This document shows, in pieces, positions 1-13,403 of a stretch of 64,000 bases of DNA. This DNA is from Trichinella spiralis (Eukaryota), in the NCBI RefSeq assembly GCF_000181795.1, contig NW_003526945.1:4564247-4628246 (forward strand), written 5' to 3'. The position numbers and the translations under genes are program-made. Below the pieces are notes generated by a model. That model made no database searches and was not told the DNA's origin. It saw nothing but the letters and a program-made list of their open reading frames with translations. Each line of letters begins with the position of its first letter. Position 1 is the first letter of the stretch.

Positions 1-825
1 TGGGCAGTAGACAAATTTGGAGCCCATTTATTCCACAACTACTGAGAAGTTTGGGTTAAAACTGTAGAAAACACTATCTTTTATCAATATAAAAGTATAA
101 CAATCAAAAACAAGTCGAAATTTTGAAAACAAAATTTTCGCCGATTTTCACAAAAACAACCAAGTCTATAGCCCATGAAATTTTGCAATTTTCAAGAAAA
201 ATTTTTTCTCGAAAAATTAACGAAATTGATTTTTATCGGTAGAGAATTATTTGCTAACTACTATGAATTTATCCGCAACGGTGCTGGTTGCGTTTTTCTT
301 GAGATATATCAAAAAAGTAAAAATTAACGTAGGATTTTAAAAAAGTCAAAGTTAAAAGGAATGAAAAATAAATGTTACATAGATATGCATATGGATTGGT
401 TTCATTAATTTTTGCAACAAAATTCTCAATGTCTTCACCTGAGAAAAGGAATTTATTTTAATGAAATTGTTCCTAATTTTCATTTATGTAAACAAAGCTT
501 TCAAAATGAAAATCCTTTGTTCACTGCATTTCTTGATTGATTGCAATGAAGAAATATGATTTATCGAAAATTCATTTATATCCAAAATTTCCAGAAGTAA
601 TTTAACTTATTTATGAAAACCATCTTTTTTCCTATGTATTTTCGATAAGCATATTGAAAAACCAAAAGGATGTTTGATAGTACAATTGTACTAACAATAA
701 TTGTAACCATGACATTTGGTTTGAAGTGTTCAATAATCTTGTTTTGAAATTCTGAATTTGAACTTTTCTAACTTAAAATTTTTTAAACTATATTTATTAA
801 TTCTGATTATTAATGAAAATTACAG

Positions 826-1160
826 TTCATTTCTTCTGCAACAGCAGTGTACTCGCAAGAGTATTCCTTACTGTTCCCTTTGCTTGTGTTTCTATTGTAA
901 TAATATTATGCTTCCAACTGTTTCTATTTAATTCAGTATTGTTTTACAAGATAAATGATTTTACATTTGCTGCGTTGAACAACAACATCATTGCAAAATA
1001 TAATTCCTATATAGTAATTGGCTGTTCGACCTTTGGCTTTTCCATACCAACAGCCGCTGTTATTGGCAGTTGCTTTGCCCTGGTTATGGCAATGTATATG
1101 GAGTGGAATGCACTGAGGGTAATTTTGCGGACAATTTGCCAACATTACAGGAAGAAGTGA
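826..1160 (+). CDS. Possible terminal exon of a membrane protein (two hydrophobic segments); family unknown
   Basis: Open frame 813-1160 follows a TTACAG acceptor at ~825 and has two hydrophobic stretches (VFLTVPFACVSIVIILCFQLFLF; YIVIGCSTFGFSIPTAAVIGSCFALVMAMY). No recognisable motif and no upstream exon found. Confidence 0.25.
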
Positions 1161-4100
1161 AATTTTTGTGTAGATGAAATCAAACCAACGATCGAAGAAA
1201 AATTCATCAGTTTTTAATGAAGATGTTAATAGCATTTTGATGATCGACTAATAGGACAGAAAATCTTCTTACAAACCAATGAACTCACTCATTGCTTTAA
1301 AATAAACTTAATTCAATATTATCTGTTTGATAAATATTATAAAGTAAAATTCTTATATATATATATAATAGTCGATTATCTATTATTCTTATTTAGTTAT
1401 ATTAAATTTTGCATACAAATACAGCGCAATCAAATACATTTGAGCAGCAGATCATTTTAAAAATTTTCCACAAAACAAAAATAAACAAATATTTCAGTGT
1501 TTGTTAACAGAACTGCTCATGCACAGCTACAATTCTGGAACATGTTGAGCAAATCATACATAAACATCCATAGCGTAGATTTGAAATTGGAAAAATTACA
1601 GAAACCACAAAATCAAATTATATCAGCAGGCTACAGAAAAAATATTTATTCTCACTCATACTATTTTTTTCTTCACGAAAAATATTCAAAAATGTTCCTC
1701 AAACTGCCCCGGGGTAAAGCTAATTTTCAGAAACCGAAATGATAAATGTTGATGAATTAACTGAAATAAATGAGGTACTAGTAATACATAAGAAACAATA
1801 CCTTTTCATATGTTATTCTATGTTTGTCACCTACCAAAACGTTATTAGACACAGGCCGGACACTTTTCGTCAGCAACCAAGGCAACTAAGCAAACGTGAA
1901 GGAACGTATAGTGCACTAATGGACATTTGCATAAACTTCAGGTTAAACAAGTATTAAAATTATTCGTTCTATTATGATTATCGTTGTCTTTTAAATAATT
2001 ACCCTAAAGAGCACTAATTAGAAGAACTCATCAAATGTTAGAACACTAAGATAGAACTGCAATCATATACAAAGAATACTTTGACAAATTTTAAATAACG
2101 CTTTCAATTACAAAATCTAAAGACATAGAAATCTAAGAACCTGCAATTTCACTAGAAAACCAAACAGCAAGTGCAGTATATTTGTTAGTACAATTTACAA
2201 ATTTAGTTACAAAATGAAAGGAGAAAGGATAGCATTATTATATGCATTTTATTTATAGTTCTGCAATCAATATCGCTTTGTCCGTAGATGTTGAGTAACT
2301 GCAGAAAGTACTAAAAGAATAGCTGCTTAACAACAATGCAAAGTCCACTGACTTTAGTATGCAATATTTTATTTAAGTCGTTCCGATCTTTTCAAAGATA
2401 TTTATCACAATATTACAATTCACAATTATTTATCACAATATGTTCCTGTGATACATATTTTCTGCAAATGCGATTCGTATGCATTTACTGAATTCTTGTC
2501 ATGCTTCAACTATATAATTGGAGACCAAAGTAAAATAGGCACAGCCAGACAAACATTGAAATCTATAACGGAAATCTTGGTATTCGCTTGCTTTTCAGGA
2601 AACATTCTCTACAGTCGCCTCCAACCAATATTCAGCTTGCTTCATGACAGCATTTGATATATAGAGAGATTCTTGCTGAAGCAAATGTTTCATCCAATTA
2701 ATCGAGATCGTGCATTGAAAAGGAAAATTTGCCGCGTCGAAGCTCAAATATGGTGTAAATTTGAATTCGAACCTCGAAAGCGCAGAACAATCTGCAAATT
2801 GAAAAACCTAAAAAAATATCGTTAGCCACCGTTAACGGCAGATTTCTTATCTCATCAATTTTTGCGCTTACTGTGTGCTTATTAAATCCGAATTTCTGAA
2901 GATTAAATAAACTGCTCAACATGACATATAAAATAACGCATGCGACTGAATTTAACCAAAAAACATGTCACCACAAAATGTTCTGTTCTGCTAATCAATG
3001 CTATGACTGAACATTTTCAGAATATGAAAAAGAAATAATCTGTAAAGCCATATGAACTTTCTAGATGCTGAAATTTACGTTCCAATAAAAAAATCAACTT
3101 TAACGAGGACCCGGCTTTACCCTACAATTCAATAAACAAAAGTGGAATTACTGAGCATTAGTCAGGACAAAGCAAGCTGCGCTTGTCAAGCGAACGAGCG
3201 CTGCGTTGCAAATAACGAAACCTTTGGCGTCAAATTAATAGGCTTACTTAATTAGAAAACCCCATTCTGTAGCGTTAAACGACCCAGCCATACTGCACAG
3301 CATTGCTCAACGGTGAATTACGTTCAACTTGTAGAAATTATTCTGAATGCAATTTGATGAACCGAAATGAATGTGGCCGGTTATGTTCCATATCTGAAAA
3401 TATTATCCTTCATATATTTCTGATTGTCTGTTAAAATTATAAAAATTCCTTAAAAAAGACATTCGTTAATTTCAAACAAGAGTTGACGAAAAGTATAAAA
3501 GTACAATTATTGAATTCGAGACAAAATATTTATTCTCACGTAGATTTTTGATCAATTAAAAAGTAACTCAAAAATATAAAACTTCGACAGAACTTACAAT
3601 ATATTTGTGCATATTGCAAATGGAATTTCCAATAAGCTACTTAGTCCACAACAGTGCTCAAACTGCATCTGCTGACTGCCTTTTGCATATGAAATTTTAT
3701 TGTTAGTGAACACTCGTGTACTTCAGGGCATTCTTCCGATGTTTAGGATCTTGGATGACTGCAAGTACAACCAATTCTAGTCAAAAGCCCTGCTATTTGG
3801 CTAAACGTATGGCACATATGTGGATCTTTCTGTTGTAGCTAGGTGTTGATTGACAAAATAGCTGCAAGTGCTTTATTATATGGAGAAAATGACAACAGTC
3901 ATTGCGCAATGTGTATCATCAAGAGAAGTATTATTGTACAAATTAAAACTTTTCAAGTATTAATTAATTAATTTACAGTACCTTTACCTCTGTGTTTGTA
4001 ACATTAACTGATCGATGAATATAAATAAAAAATTAATTTCATGTTTCTCTGATGTTTAGACTTTTGCATCTCGGTTGAAAAGAATGTTTAATTCTGTACT

Positions 4101-4363
4101 GCTTTATTGACAAATATTGTTAAAGTGATGTTTGTAAAAAAAGAGTAAATAAAGCGCTAAATTGTAAATAAATTCTTATTGCATTAATCTATTTAATTTA
4201 TAAAAACGTTTTATTTATTTTAAAATATTTATTTTATTAACAAATTTATTAATTTATCTATATTTATATATTTATGCATCTTTTTTTATTTTTTTATTAA
4301 TCTGTCATGTAACACTAACTGTCAGTTAACATGAAAATCATTTTTTGTTTTACTATGCCAAAT

Positions 4364-4385
4364 TGAAGTGAAGTGAAGTGAAGTG
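4364..4385. repeat. (TGAAG)n pentanucleotide microsatellite
   Basis: tgaagtgaagtgaagtgaagtg, ending 15 nt upstream of the ATG at 4401. Confidence 0.8.
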
Positions 4386-4400
4386 TTTGCGTCATTGAAA

Positions 4401-5102
4401 ATGAATTCTTTTTTCCAACCCGATATTGTTGAAAAAATAATGATGCAATATTCCGGTATTCAGGGTGTGAGCAAAGAGGCGGCTGAAATTATGGCACACG
4501 CTGCTGTATGTTTCAAGATTTTTGTAATGTATGATTCACGCGAACGATTGATCTTTTAGGAGCTGTTTTGCGTAGATTTGATGAAAAAAACCCGTGTAAT
4601 AGCTGAACTCTATGAGCGTGATGTCGTTTTGGAGAAAGATGTGAATCTCTGCAGACAAGTATATCCGACGATTGCGTCTATTCAAGGTAAGAGATATTTT
4701 ACTTATGTATGGCTAAGTGTAAGACTACTCCAGGTGCCGTCATTTTTCAACTTGTAAATTGACGTTTGCATTTTTTTTGTAATATTTCATCTTCAGTAAC
4801 CGTTGTGTGGAAATTATTGTATAATCTGACTGCTGTTTAAATGGTAAACTGAACTCAAAATGCAGTTTTTAAACGAATTGTTTTCAGATTCTGTTAATGA
4901 AATGTCGACAGATTCAATGAACCGAATCAAAATTGGAACGAAGGAAGATGCGAATGACGATGTGATTCAGGAGCCAAAGATGAAAGTAGTGCGACACGAT
5001 GTAGTAGAATGCACTAATATGGCTATAATGAATATGGCACCGGGTGCCAGCTGTCGCATTTTATATACAGTTATCGAGAAAATAGAAGAAAAGCTGTGTT
5101 GA
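4401..5102 (+). CDS. Histone-fold protein, POLE4/CHRAC1/NF-YC (H2A-like) family, ~149 aa, 3 exons
   Basis: Exons 4401-4505, 4560-4686 and 4888-5102 join in frame via GT-AG introns: MNSFFQPDIVEKIMMQYSGIQGVSKEAAEIMAHAA|ELFCVDLMKKTRVIAELYERDVVLEKDVNLCRQVYPTIASIQ|DSVNEM...EEKLC*. The VSKEA...AAELF...R.....D pattern matches the H2A-like histone fold of POLE4/CHRAC/NF-YC. Confidence 0.72.
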
Positions 5103-6196
5103 GATTTCTTGGAATTTGTGATGATGAGAGCAAAAGTTTTTATACTGCTTGACAGATTATTGACTTTACTTTGATTCAAAAAGAAGTTAATTTGCAATAA
5201 TTCTGAAATGCTATTTATACTGTAATTACCGTACTTTTAAGGTTAATGAAGTAGAAATTCTCATGATTGATGTTTTTGTATTTTTATAGCAGCATTTTTA
5301 AAATTATATTTCATCTGTGCGAATTCTGAAAAATTAGTAATTTTTAAAAGCATTTGATGCACTACATCATGCTGGTACGGTAATTGTTTTTTCGATCTTG
5401 CACGGTATTTTCAATGTGATTTTGATTCATATACAATATTTTTGTATATGAAAGTAGTCTTCTATAAATTTGTGTGTGAAAACTTATTTTTGCAATAAAG
5501 CGCTTCGAAAGGATAAACAGAAAGTGAAATACATTAGAACATTTTGTGAAAAACAGGCTGTACTGTTGATGTAGGAAGAAGATTGAACATTTAAGCGACA
5601 GCAGCTTTTAGTATGTTTAAACTAGAAATCGATTTCAAATCAAAGAGGTGACGAAGCGATCAACATACACCGTCACTGACACGGCACGGTTGGTGTTTTC
5701 TCAATCAGAAATACAACATACCTTTAAATGGCTTAGTCGTCTTCGTTTAGCTGCTCGTAAAAAATGTTGCTGTAAGCCTGCTGCCTATGTCAGTACCTAC
5801 TTGCATTTTCAGATTTGCTAACGGATATTTTTTTCCAGTACAAATGGTTAAACTCCTAACCCTAATCCTAACAACAAACGTAAACTGAAAAAAAAGATCA
5901 AATTATAATTTATTCAAAGTAAAATGTTATTGCAGTGATTTTTATTTATAAACGAACCACTGTATTCAAAAACAAAGCCTGCAGAAGTAAACTTTGCAAG
6001 CGGTACCATTATAATACTCTGAAGATCTCGAAAATGTATAACTTGATTTAAGACAAAATTATTTTTCATTTTCCTTTTCTTTCATTAACAAATGCTTACT
6101 GTAATAGTTCCACATAATACTTGCCAATTAATTTTACACAGATAGTAGTAGTAGTACGTTTTTGCTAATGAAAAGAAAATAAAAGAAGAAACTTCT

Positions 6197-8784
6197 CTAA
6201 TTTTTGCCTTTCTGTTTTTTTCCTTTGCATGCTTTTAGTCGTAATTTTTCGTGTTTCTTGGCACGGCAACGTCTCAACCTTTTGACGACTTCTTCATTCG
6301 ACATCACGTTCACACTTTCAATTCCATCTTCGCAGTTTTCATCAATTTTATCGTTTATTTCCAATAATTCAAAAGCACTGTCCAAGGGATGATTGTTTGT
6401 CAAATTCAACTTTTCAATGTCTTCACTTCGATTTCCCACGTTCAACTCTTCCTGGCTACAGTTCATCTGAAAATGCCACGTTTAAATTGTGAACAACTGA
6501 ATTTTCTCCACTCACTGTTAGTTATTACAAAATTATATTACACCTAATTATACGTGGAAAATATTTATTTCAAATTTTACTCGCGCTTTCAGACACAGCA
6601 TGTTTCTGCTAGCGTTCTGTATACTTTCAACACTACAGCAAACAATTTAGCTGTTTTCCAGAAATAACTAGTCATCGAAGGAAAAAGTAAATAAAGTAGC
6701 AGCAATCGACAACAACAAAGTTAGAGACTGCTTTTCAAGGATTAATAAATTTTTAAAAAATATTACGATTAACGATTACATAATTATACAATGGTAAAAG
6801 AAATAAACAAACAAACAAACTTCTAAAATGAAATCTTCCATTTCGCACGGTGGATCCAACTCTGACTGTTCTACACTGTCATCCTTGAAAAGATATATAC
6901 ATATCTGTAGCATGTAAAATGGTATGACAAAAGCAGCAAAAAATAACAAACTTCGCTATCAGATGTTGCAGTATATCCATGCGCCTTCAACTGTGCGTCA
7001 ACCTGTTCGATTTTTCTACAAAAATTCCTTTTTACGTTTAAAATTCATTTACTGTTTCGTAAAATAAAGATATTACTGAATTCCATCTAATGTTGGAACT
7101 TCATCGATATGATAAGAAAATTTCTTTTGAAAATAATCCAAAATGCAAAACATATCACGCTCAAAATACCTAAACACACATTTTAATCGATAATTTCACA
7201 CTGTTATATAACTGATCAGAAAAAGTCCACTTTTCGGCTTCAGGATGAGATGTGGACATCATTTGAGGAAAGTCAATCACCACCGGTTCTTCATTTCTGG
7301 TAACCATAACGTTGCAAGGATTAAAGTCACCATGAATCAAACCATATTTGGCGAGCATAACGATAAAATCCAACAACTTATTGCAAAATTTCGTCGGGTC
7401 CTTCAATTCGTGAACGTGATTCCTAAATACAAAGCAACACTGCCATAAAATCATTCACCATAATGATTGTGTGATTTATAATTTTACAATGGAACTCCAT
7501 CGATATGGGACATCACAACACAATGCCTGTTCCAACCCAGAGGAATGGGAACTGGAAAATTACGTTCGTGCAGTGCCTGAATAAATGCATCAACATTTAT
7601 TCAATAACTTTATCCCACAATGACAAACCTTCATAAACTGATACTCTGCCATAGCAGACAAGCGAGACAGGTACAACCAAGACATGTGACACCTGCCTTT
7701 ATGATAATTTCTACATTCACGAATTTTTCTGAATGATGTGCGGCCCAAACGATGCATTTTCAAAATAACTCGTCTATCAGACTTGTCTTTGGCCACCATT
7801 ACATCTATAAAACAAAAATACCCGTTATTTTCAACAGCTAATTACAATTAAAATACAGTTCATTTAAATATTAAATAAAATTTAGGCATATATAGGATAT
7901 GATCTCTTTTTATATTTTTTTACATCAACATTCTATAAAATGGCATGTAGCATAAATTATGCATATAGATGCAAATAAAATTTACACCAAATAAAAGTAT
8001 CATTGTTATTTTGTAAAAGTTACAGCTTCAATTATTATTACTGTTGCATGTGTCACGAACGTTACAGTATACCACTGATTTCAAAATATCACAATAAAAA
8101 CGGTTTCAAATTACGTGAACATCACAATTATATGCAATTCAAAACATTAAAATATTTTTTAAATGTTTTAATCGTTGGACTTGAATAAAGCAATGAAAAT
8201 TAAGCTGCAAAGCAGTTTTCAAGCACTGTAAATTCAATTATGATAAGAAAAATAAATAAAATTCAACTATACCAGATTCCTTTCCTGTACCGATCTGATT
8301 TCCAATAGCAGTCAAGATTTCTCCTTTGAACAGTGCGTGAAGAGCTAAACAATCGTAACCCAAGGAAGACAGACGAAATCCAATGTCTAGAACAAAAATT
8401 TTCAACAGCGGCATTTGGTAAATGATTTGAAAATTACATGATTTTGTTTTTCCAAAAACAATCAGTCCACGCTTAGCCAATGAGTACAATTTGTTCTCCA
8501 TATTACCATGTTTCAGTTTTGCAAAGTATACAATCAAAAATTGTGGAACATATTCGTGTTTTCGCATGCCCAGTTCGGTCTAAAATTTGAATTTATACAA
8601 CACATCTACATCAACTGTAACAATTAACTTCGAAGTGGACAAAGATGAATGAATTTTTAAAAAAAGAAGTTAGGAAAACACAGAATGAGAAACTAAAACA
8701 AAACAAAGCAAAACATACGCCTAAAAGAAGCCGCAAATCATCGGACTCAATATAACGTACAGTTTCTGCATTCAGTTTCGGCAT
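6197..8784 (-). CDS. RIOK2: Serine/threonine kinase RIO2 (40S ribosome maturation), multi-exon
   Basis: Spliced fragments: MPKLNAETVRYIESDDLRLLLG|TELGMRKHEYVP; GYDCLAL; GNQIGTGKES; LKMHRLGRTSFRKIR; SWLYLSRLSA; GLIHGDFN; VIDFPQMMSTSHP; YFERD; basic C-terminus ending at the stop at 6197. These are diagnostic RIO2 motifs and the introns checked are GT-AG. Confidence 0.95.
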
Positions 8785-9792
8785 GGCAGTCAAAAAACAC
8801 TCCTATAAAGCAATATAAAATAAAAAATCATTTACTGTAAATAAAAATAACAAAATCAATTGAAAAATAATAAGACATCCTGCTATTGCATACAATTTTA
8901 TCAAATTAAAAACTGCACATAAAGCACAACAAGAGATTTTTCATTTTTATAACACTAGTAAACTGTTTGTGCTGAATTCACGAAACACAATAAGACTGAT
9001 ACAATATTGAGCAAGATAGTTAACAGAAAATTTTACAGGCTGATAAAAATTTTCAAAACAATAAGAATGTAATAACATCAACTTAATTCAAGCTGAAAAT
9101 ATCAAAACACAAAATTCAATGTGCTTATTTCAGCCGCATGAAAACAGTGCATTTCAAAAAGTTTTCAAAGCAAATCTTAAAATTCTAAAAACTAAATTTT
9201 TGTATTAGAAAATCGATGAAATCTCGTATTTCATAACAAATAAATTAAATTACTATATCGCACGTTTCAGATAAAAAACTCTAATTCTATGAAATGGCAA
9301 ATTAAGAGAGCAGCTTTTTGCAAGTAAAAAACTCTCACCGAATCAAAAAATGATATTAAATATAATGACAGTATTTACTTTTGTACATATAAAACGAAAA
9401 AAGCTACAAGATGAATCGGTATTAAATTAAATGATACATTGCAATAAATTCACCCAGCTAATATTTTACAGTACTTTTAATGACAATTAAGTTAACACGT
9501 TTTCCATACGCTGTTATTAGTCATGGTGTATTTAATAGAAAGAAAAATGAAATTTCATTAGCATTTTACAGTGATATTTGCTACGTCAAACAAGGCACAA
9601 ATCTACCAGACGTCTCAATTCAAACAGACGTTTTCCAAACTGATTACTGTAGGCTGTTCATTATTTACTGCAGCAAACAAATAGCGACAAACACATTTCG
9701 TTCTTCCTCATATTGATATCTTACTTTAACAATACATGAATTTACAAATGCGCTCAATTCATACAGAAATTAAAAATTTATCCAAAAAATCA

Positions 9793-11951
9793 TTAAATTT
9801 TCATCAAATCTGGCGACAAATTTTCAAAAGAAAGCCGCGTTTCGAGCCATTGTGCAAGTTGTAACAACTGCTTTTCACCGAAATGCTTGCCAATCAATTG
9901 CAAACCCACTGGTAAATTTTGGCCAGACAAGCCGACCGGAAGTACCAATGCTGGCAAACCTGTTCAAAAATTCAGAATAAACAAAATTAATGTAAGCAAA
10001 TCAATGGATAAATACTGTTGTCAAATAAATTTTTCTAAACTTACCGGCAAGATTAGCTGGTAGTGTGAAATAGTCATCACGTCGCTCCTGAATGCAATTG
10101 CAAAGATCTTTTTTCAACTGGGAATACAACGGTGCATCAGACGAAGTAGCAGGAGTTAAAAGCACATCGACAGTTTGATCGTTGAAAACTCGCAAATAAT
10201 CTTCATATATTAACCTTCGAATTTGCAACGATTTCACGTAGAATTTATCATAATTGCTAAATACACAAATTGCTTACAATAAATAAATTGACAAAATCAT
10301 ATTACTTTTTTAATAAGAAAAAATTTCCAGCTAAAATTCTTTGACGCACAACATCGTTTAACGATTCTTGACGGCTTCTAGTTAACATTGAGGGAAAAGA
10401 TATTTCATCGTTGGATCTGTATCCTGAATTCGGGATAAACAGTAAATAAAACACTTCGACAGGCAACAACAAATACTGTCAATCCTTTACCGTATTCCAT
10501 TCCATCATAGCGTGCCATGTTCGACGCTATTTCACTGCATCCAAGAATATGATAACAAACATTGCTAAATCGGGTATGTGGCAATGACAATTCGACCAAT
10601 TTACAGCCGCCTTCTCGTTCCAAAATGCTGGATATTAATTTCCAGTAGTTAACAACATCAGCAGAAAGGTAAGGGGTATAAAATTCCTAAACAGACATCA
10701 GACTATTCAATTTACTTTTACTGGGTTTCACGCGCTCAGTCACTTGCCTTCGGTAAACCTATACGAAGAGACTTCGGAGAAAAATTCTCTGATAAAGTGA
10801 AATCAATTTTCTCACAATTAACCATTGTCGAATCTTTCCAATCCCGACCCGCCATTGCATCTAAATTACTTCAAAGTGATTTTCAAATTATACAATGATA
10901 ATTTATAACTGAAAACAATGAAATTAACTGATTTTGAATGGCTATGTTTCGCATATTTGTAAAATAAAATACATGAAATAATGTAGATAAATTTAACAAA
11001 CATTTCAATTTGGCCAAAGTCATAAAATGCTGATGTTTTTTTTAATGAAATAAACAGACATACCCAACGCTAGACTAACATCTTTCACGCGTTTTGCCAA
11101 AATTCCAACGCAGTCCAAGGAATTGATGAGGGGAACAAGACCATGCCGAGATAACAGTCCATAAGTTGGCTTAAAACCAACAACACCACAGTACGCAGCT
11201 GGATTTCTACATGATCCACCAGTATCTGATCCCAACGCACTAAAGAACATTAATTTGCTGTAATGTCACTTGAATAACTGAAAAAGAAAAGTCTGATTTC
11301 TAATACATTTCAGATATACCGCATGCTACCGCTGCAGCGCTTCCACCGGAGCTACCGCCTGTAATGTACCAATCATTTTTTAAATTGTGTTCTTTGTCAA
11401 ATTTTCCTCTCCAAACTTCAAACGTCCAAGGATTTTTCACAGGTCCGAAATAGCTGTTTGTGCCGCTAGTTCTGAGAAAATGAGTGACTTTTTGAATAAA
11501 ATGGTAAAATAGTACTTTTCACCCCATGCAAAATTCGTCCATATTCGTCTTTCCAAGCAGAACGCAACCACGTTGCAACAATTTCTCGACAACTGTTGCG
11601 GTGAAATTCGGCTTGTAATTTTCAAGCGCTTTTGAGCCGAGAGTAGTTCGCACGCCTTTCGTGCTGAAGCAGTCTTTCACCACAATTGGAAGACCAAAAA
11701 GTGGATCTGGAAATTTAAAACCAAAAAAATAAAATTGCAGCACGAATACGTTTCCTTTTCTCACCATTACAAAATTTGCGGGATAAATTTACAACTTGTG
11801 CAAGCGCATCTTCAAAAGTTTCTGTTATAAAAATATTCAAATCTCGTACTTTCCAGGACAGTGCGACGCTGTGCTGCACGCGATCTATAAGCCTTTTTTG
11901 TTCGACCTTTGCCAGATTAGTAAAACGACGAATGATCACCCGAACCTGCAT
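9793..11951 (-). CDS. QRSL1: Glutamyl-tRNA(Gln) amidotransferase subunit A, mitochondrial (amidase signature family), multi-exon
   Basis: [109 protein letters not shown]...[12 protein letters not shown] at 11951; stop TAA at 9795-9793. Confidence 0.95.
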
Positions 11952-12566
11952 ACCTGACAAGAAATAAATAATAAAAAAAGAAATTACATTAGCTTTAAAT
12001 TGAAATGTTCGTTAAACAGATACGAAAAAGTAGAACAATTTTCAAATTTTCAGAACAAAAATCTCATAACAACTTTTATATGCAATAATCAAATTTAATT
12101 GAAGATTATTTATTGCGAAATTTTTTAATATTTGAACAATTGTGCAAAATGTAATGCAACACTGCATCCCATCAGAAAATGTCGTCAAAAGATGAACTCT
12201 TCGATTAAGCAAAATATTCATAATAATGAAGCTTTTCTGAGCAACTAATTTTACGCGTGCTTGATCCTATATTACAAAGCAATAAGTTGTAGTGGAAAAA
12301 ATATCAATTAAATTAAATTCTTCTGTTGTAAAGAATACTGTCACATATGATTTTAATTTACTTACAGTATGTAATGCGTGCAAGAATAAATGTTGTTGCG
12401 TACTAAAAATGTAAAAAAACAAAAAGTCGAAAAGCAATGTAAAACCAAGAATAAACAGAATAAATAGTATTTACATTCAAAATCAATGTTCTTGGCAATG
12501 TTTAAAGTAAAACTTTTTCTCAAATAACGCCTTACATAAAAATACAGTAGCAGACTGTAAACAAAT

Positions 12567-13403
12567 TCAACTGAAGATATCTCTTCTCTTAACTTTAGTC
12601 GTTTCATCCATTCCGTGCTGAGAATTTGTTAAATTTCGCTCAGGACTGCTGCCGTTCGTATCGTGCAAGCGACTGCTATGCGCCTGTAATAAAAGGGCTG
12701 ACTGTAACTCTTGTTCAATTTCCTCGTTTGTATTATCAATGGAATTTGCATAGCGAAAAGATTCGACAGCCTAAACATATAAACGTAAATTGTACGTTCA
12801 CAACTACATTTGAAACTGTTTTGAAACATTACCAAATTGAGTTCTCCAAAATTTAGCTGTGCTCTGGCAAGTGTTTGATATGCTTCTGCCCAATCAGGAC
12901 AACACTTCACCGCTCTTTCCGCAGCTTGAATCGCAAGAAAATCTTCTCCTCTCATCAAGAAAACCTAAATCAAATAAATTCGACAAGCTTTTTATCAATA
13001 AATAAATTTCTTTGTTTTGTTTTTATAAAATAAAAATAAAAACACAAGTCAACAACATGAACGACGGGACATATAAGCTGAATGAACTTTTGATGAAACT
13101 TTTTACCTGGGAAAGCATTTCATGCAAACGTCCATCATTGGGCTGCAATTCTATAGCTGTTTTAAAACGTTCAATAGATTCGGAATATTTTTCTAATTCA
13201 GCAAATAAAATCCCTTCGTTTTTCAAACGTTCAACTTTAGTAGCAACATCTTCCAGACAGAGTGTCTTTTTCCTCTTCACCAAAGTAACGCAGTCCACTT
13301 CACTGTCGCTTAAATTTTCATTTTGATCATCGGCACTAGATTCTATCCATTTCTGAACATGTTCTGTGAACGAACTTTTAGCTTTGCGTTTCCATTTAAA
13401 CAT
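12567..13403 (-). CDS. TTC33: Tetratricopeptide repeat protein 33-like, 3 exons
   Basis: N-terminus MFKWKRK..., TPR helices (LKNEGILFAELEKYSESIERFKTAIELQPNDGRLHEMLSQ; AIQAAERAVKCCPDWAEAYQTLARAQLNFGELNL|AVESFRYA). Last exon ends ...RRDIFS* at 12567. Confidence 0.85.

Noticed and set aside
2632..2922. Minus-strand open frames after a TTTTTAG acceptor, and a GGTTCGAATTC B-box-like word
   Set aside because: No recognisable protein motif, no convincing upstream exon, and no A-box or cloverleaf for a tRNA.
3620..3930. Slightly GC-richer stretch that might be a decayed transposon or helicase fragment
   Set aside because: Frames are interrupted and I could not confirm any motif.
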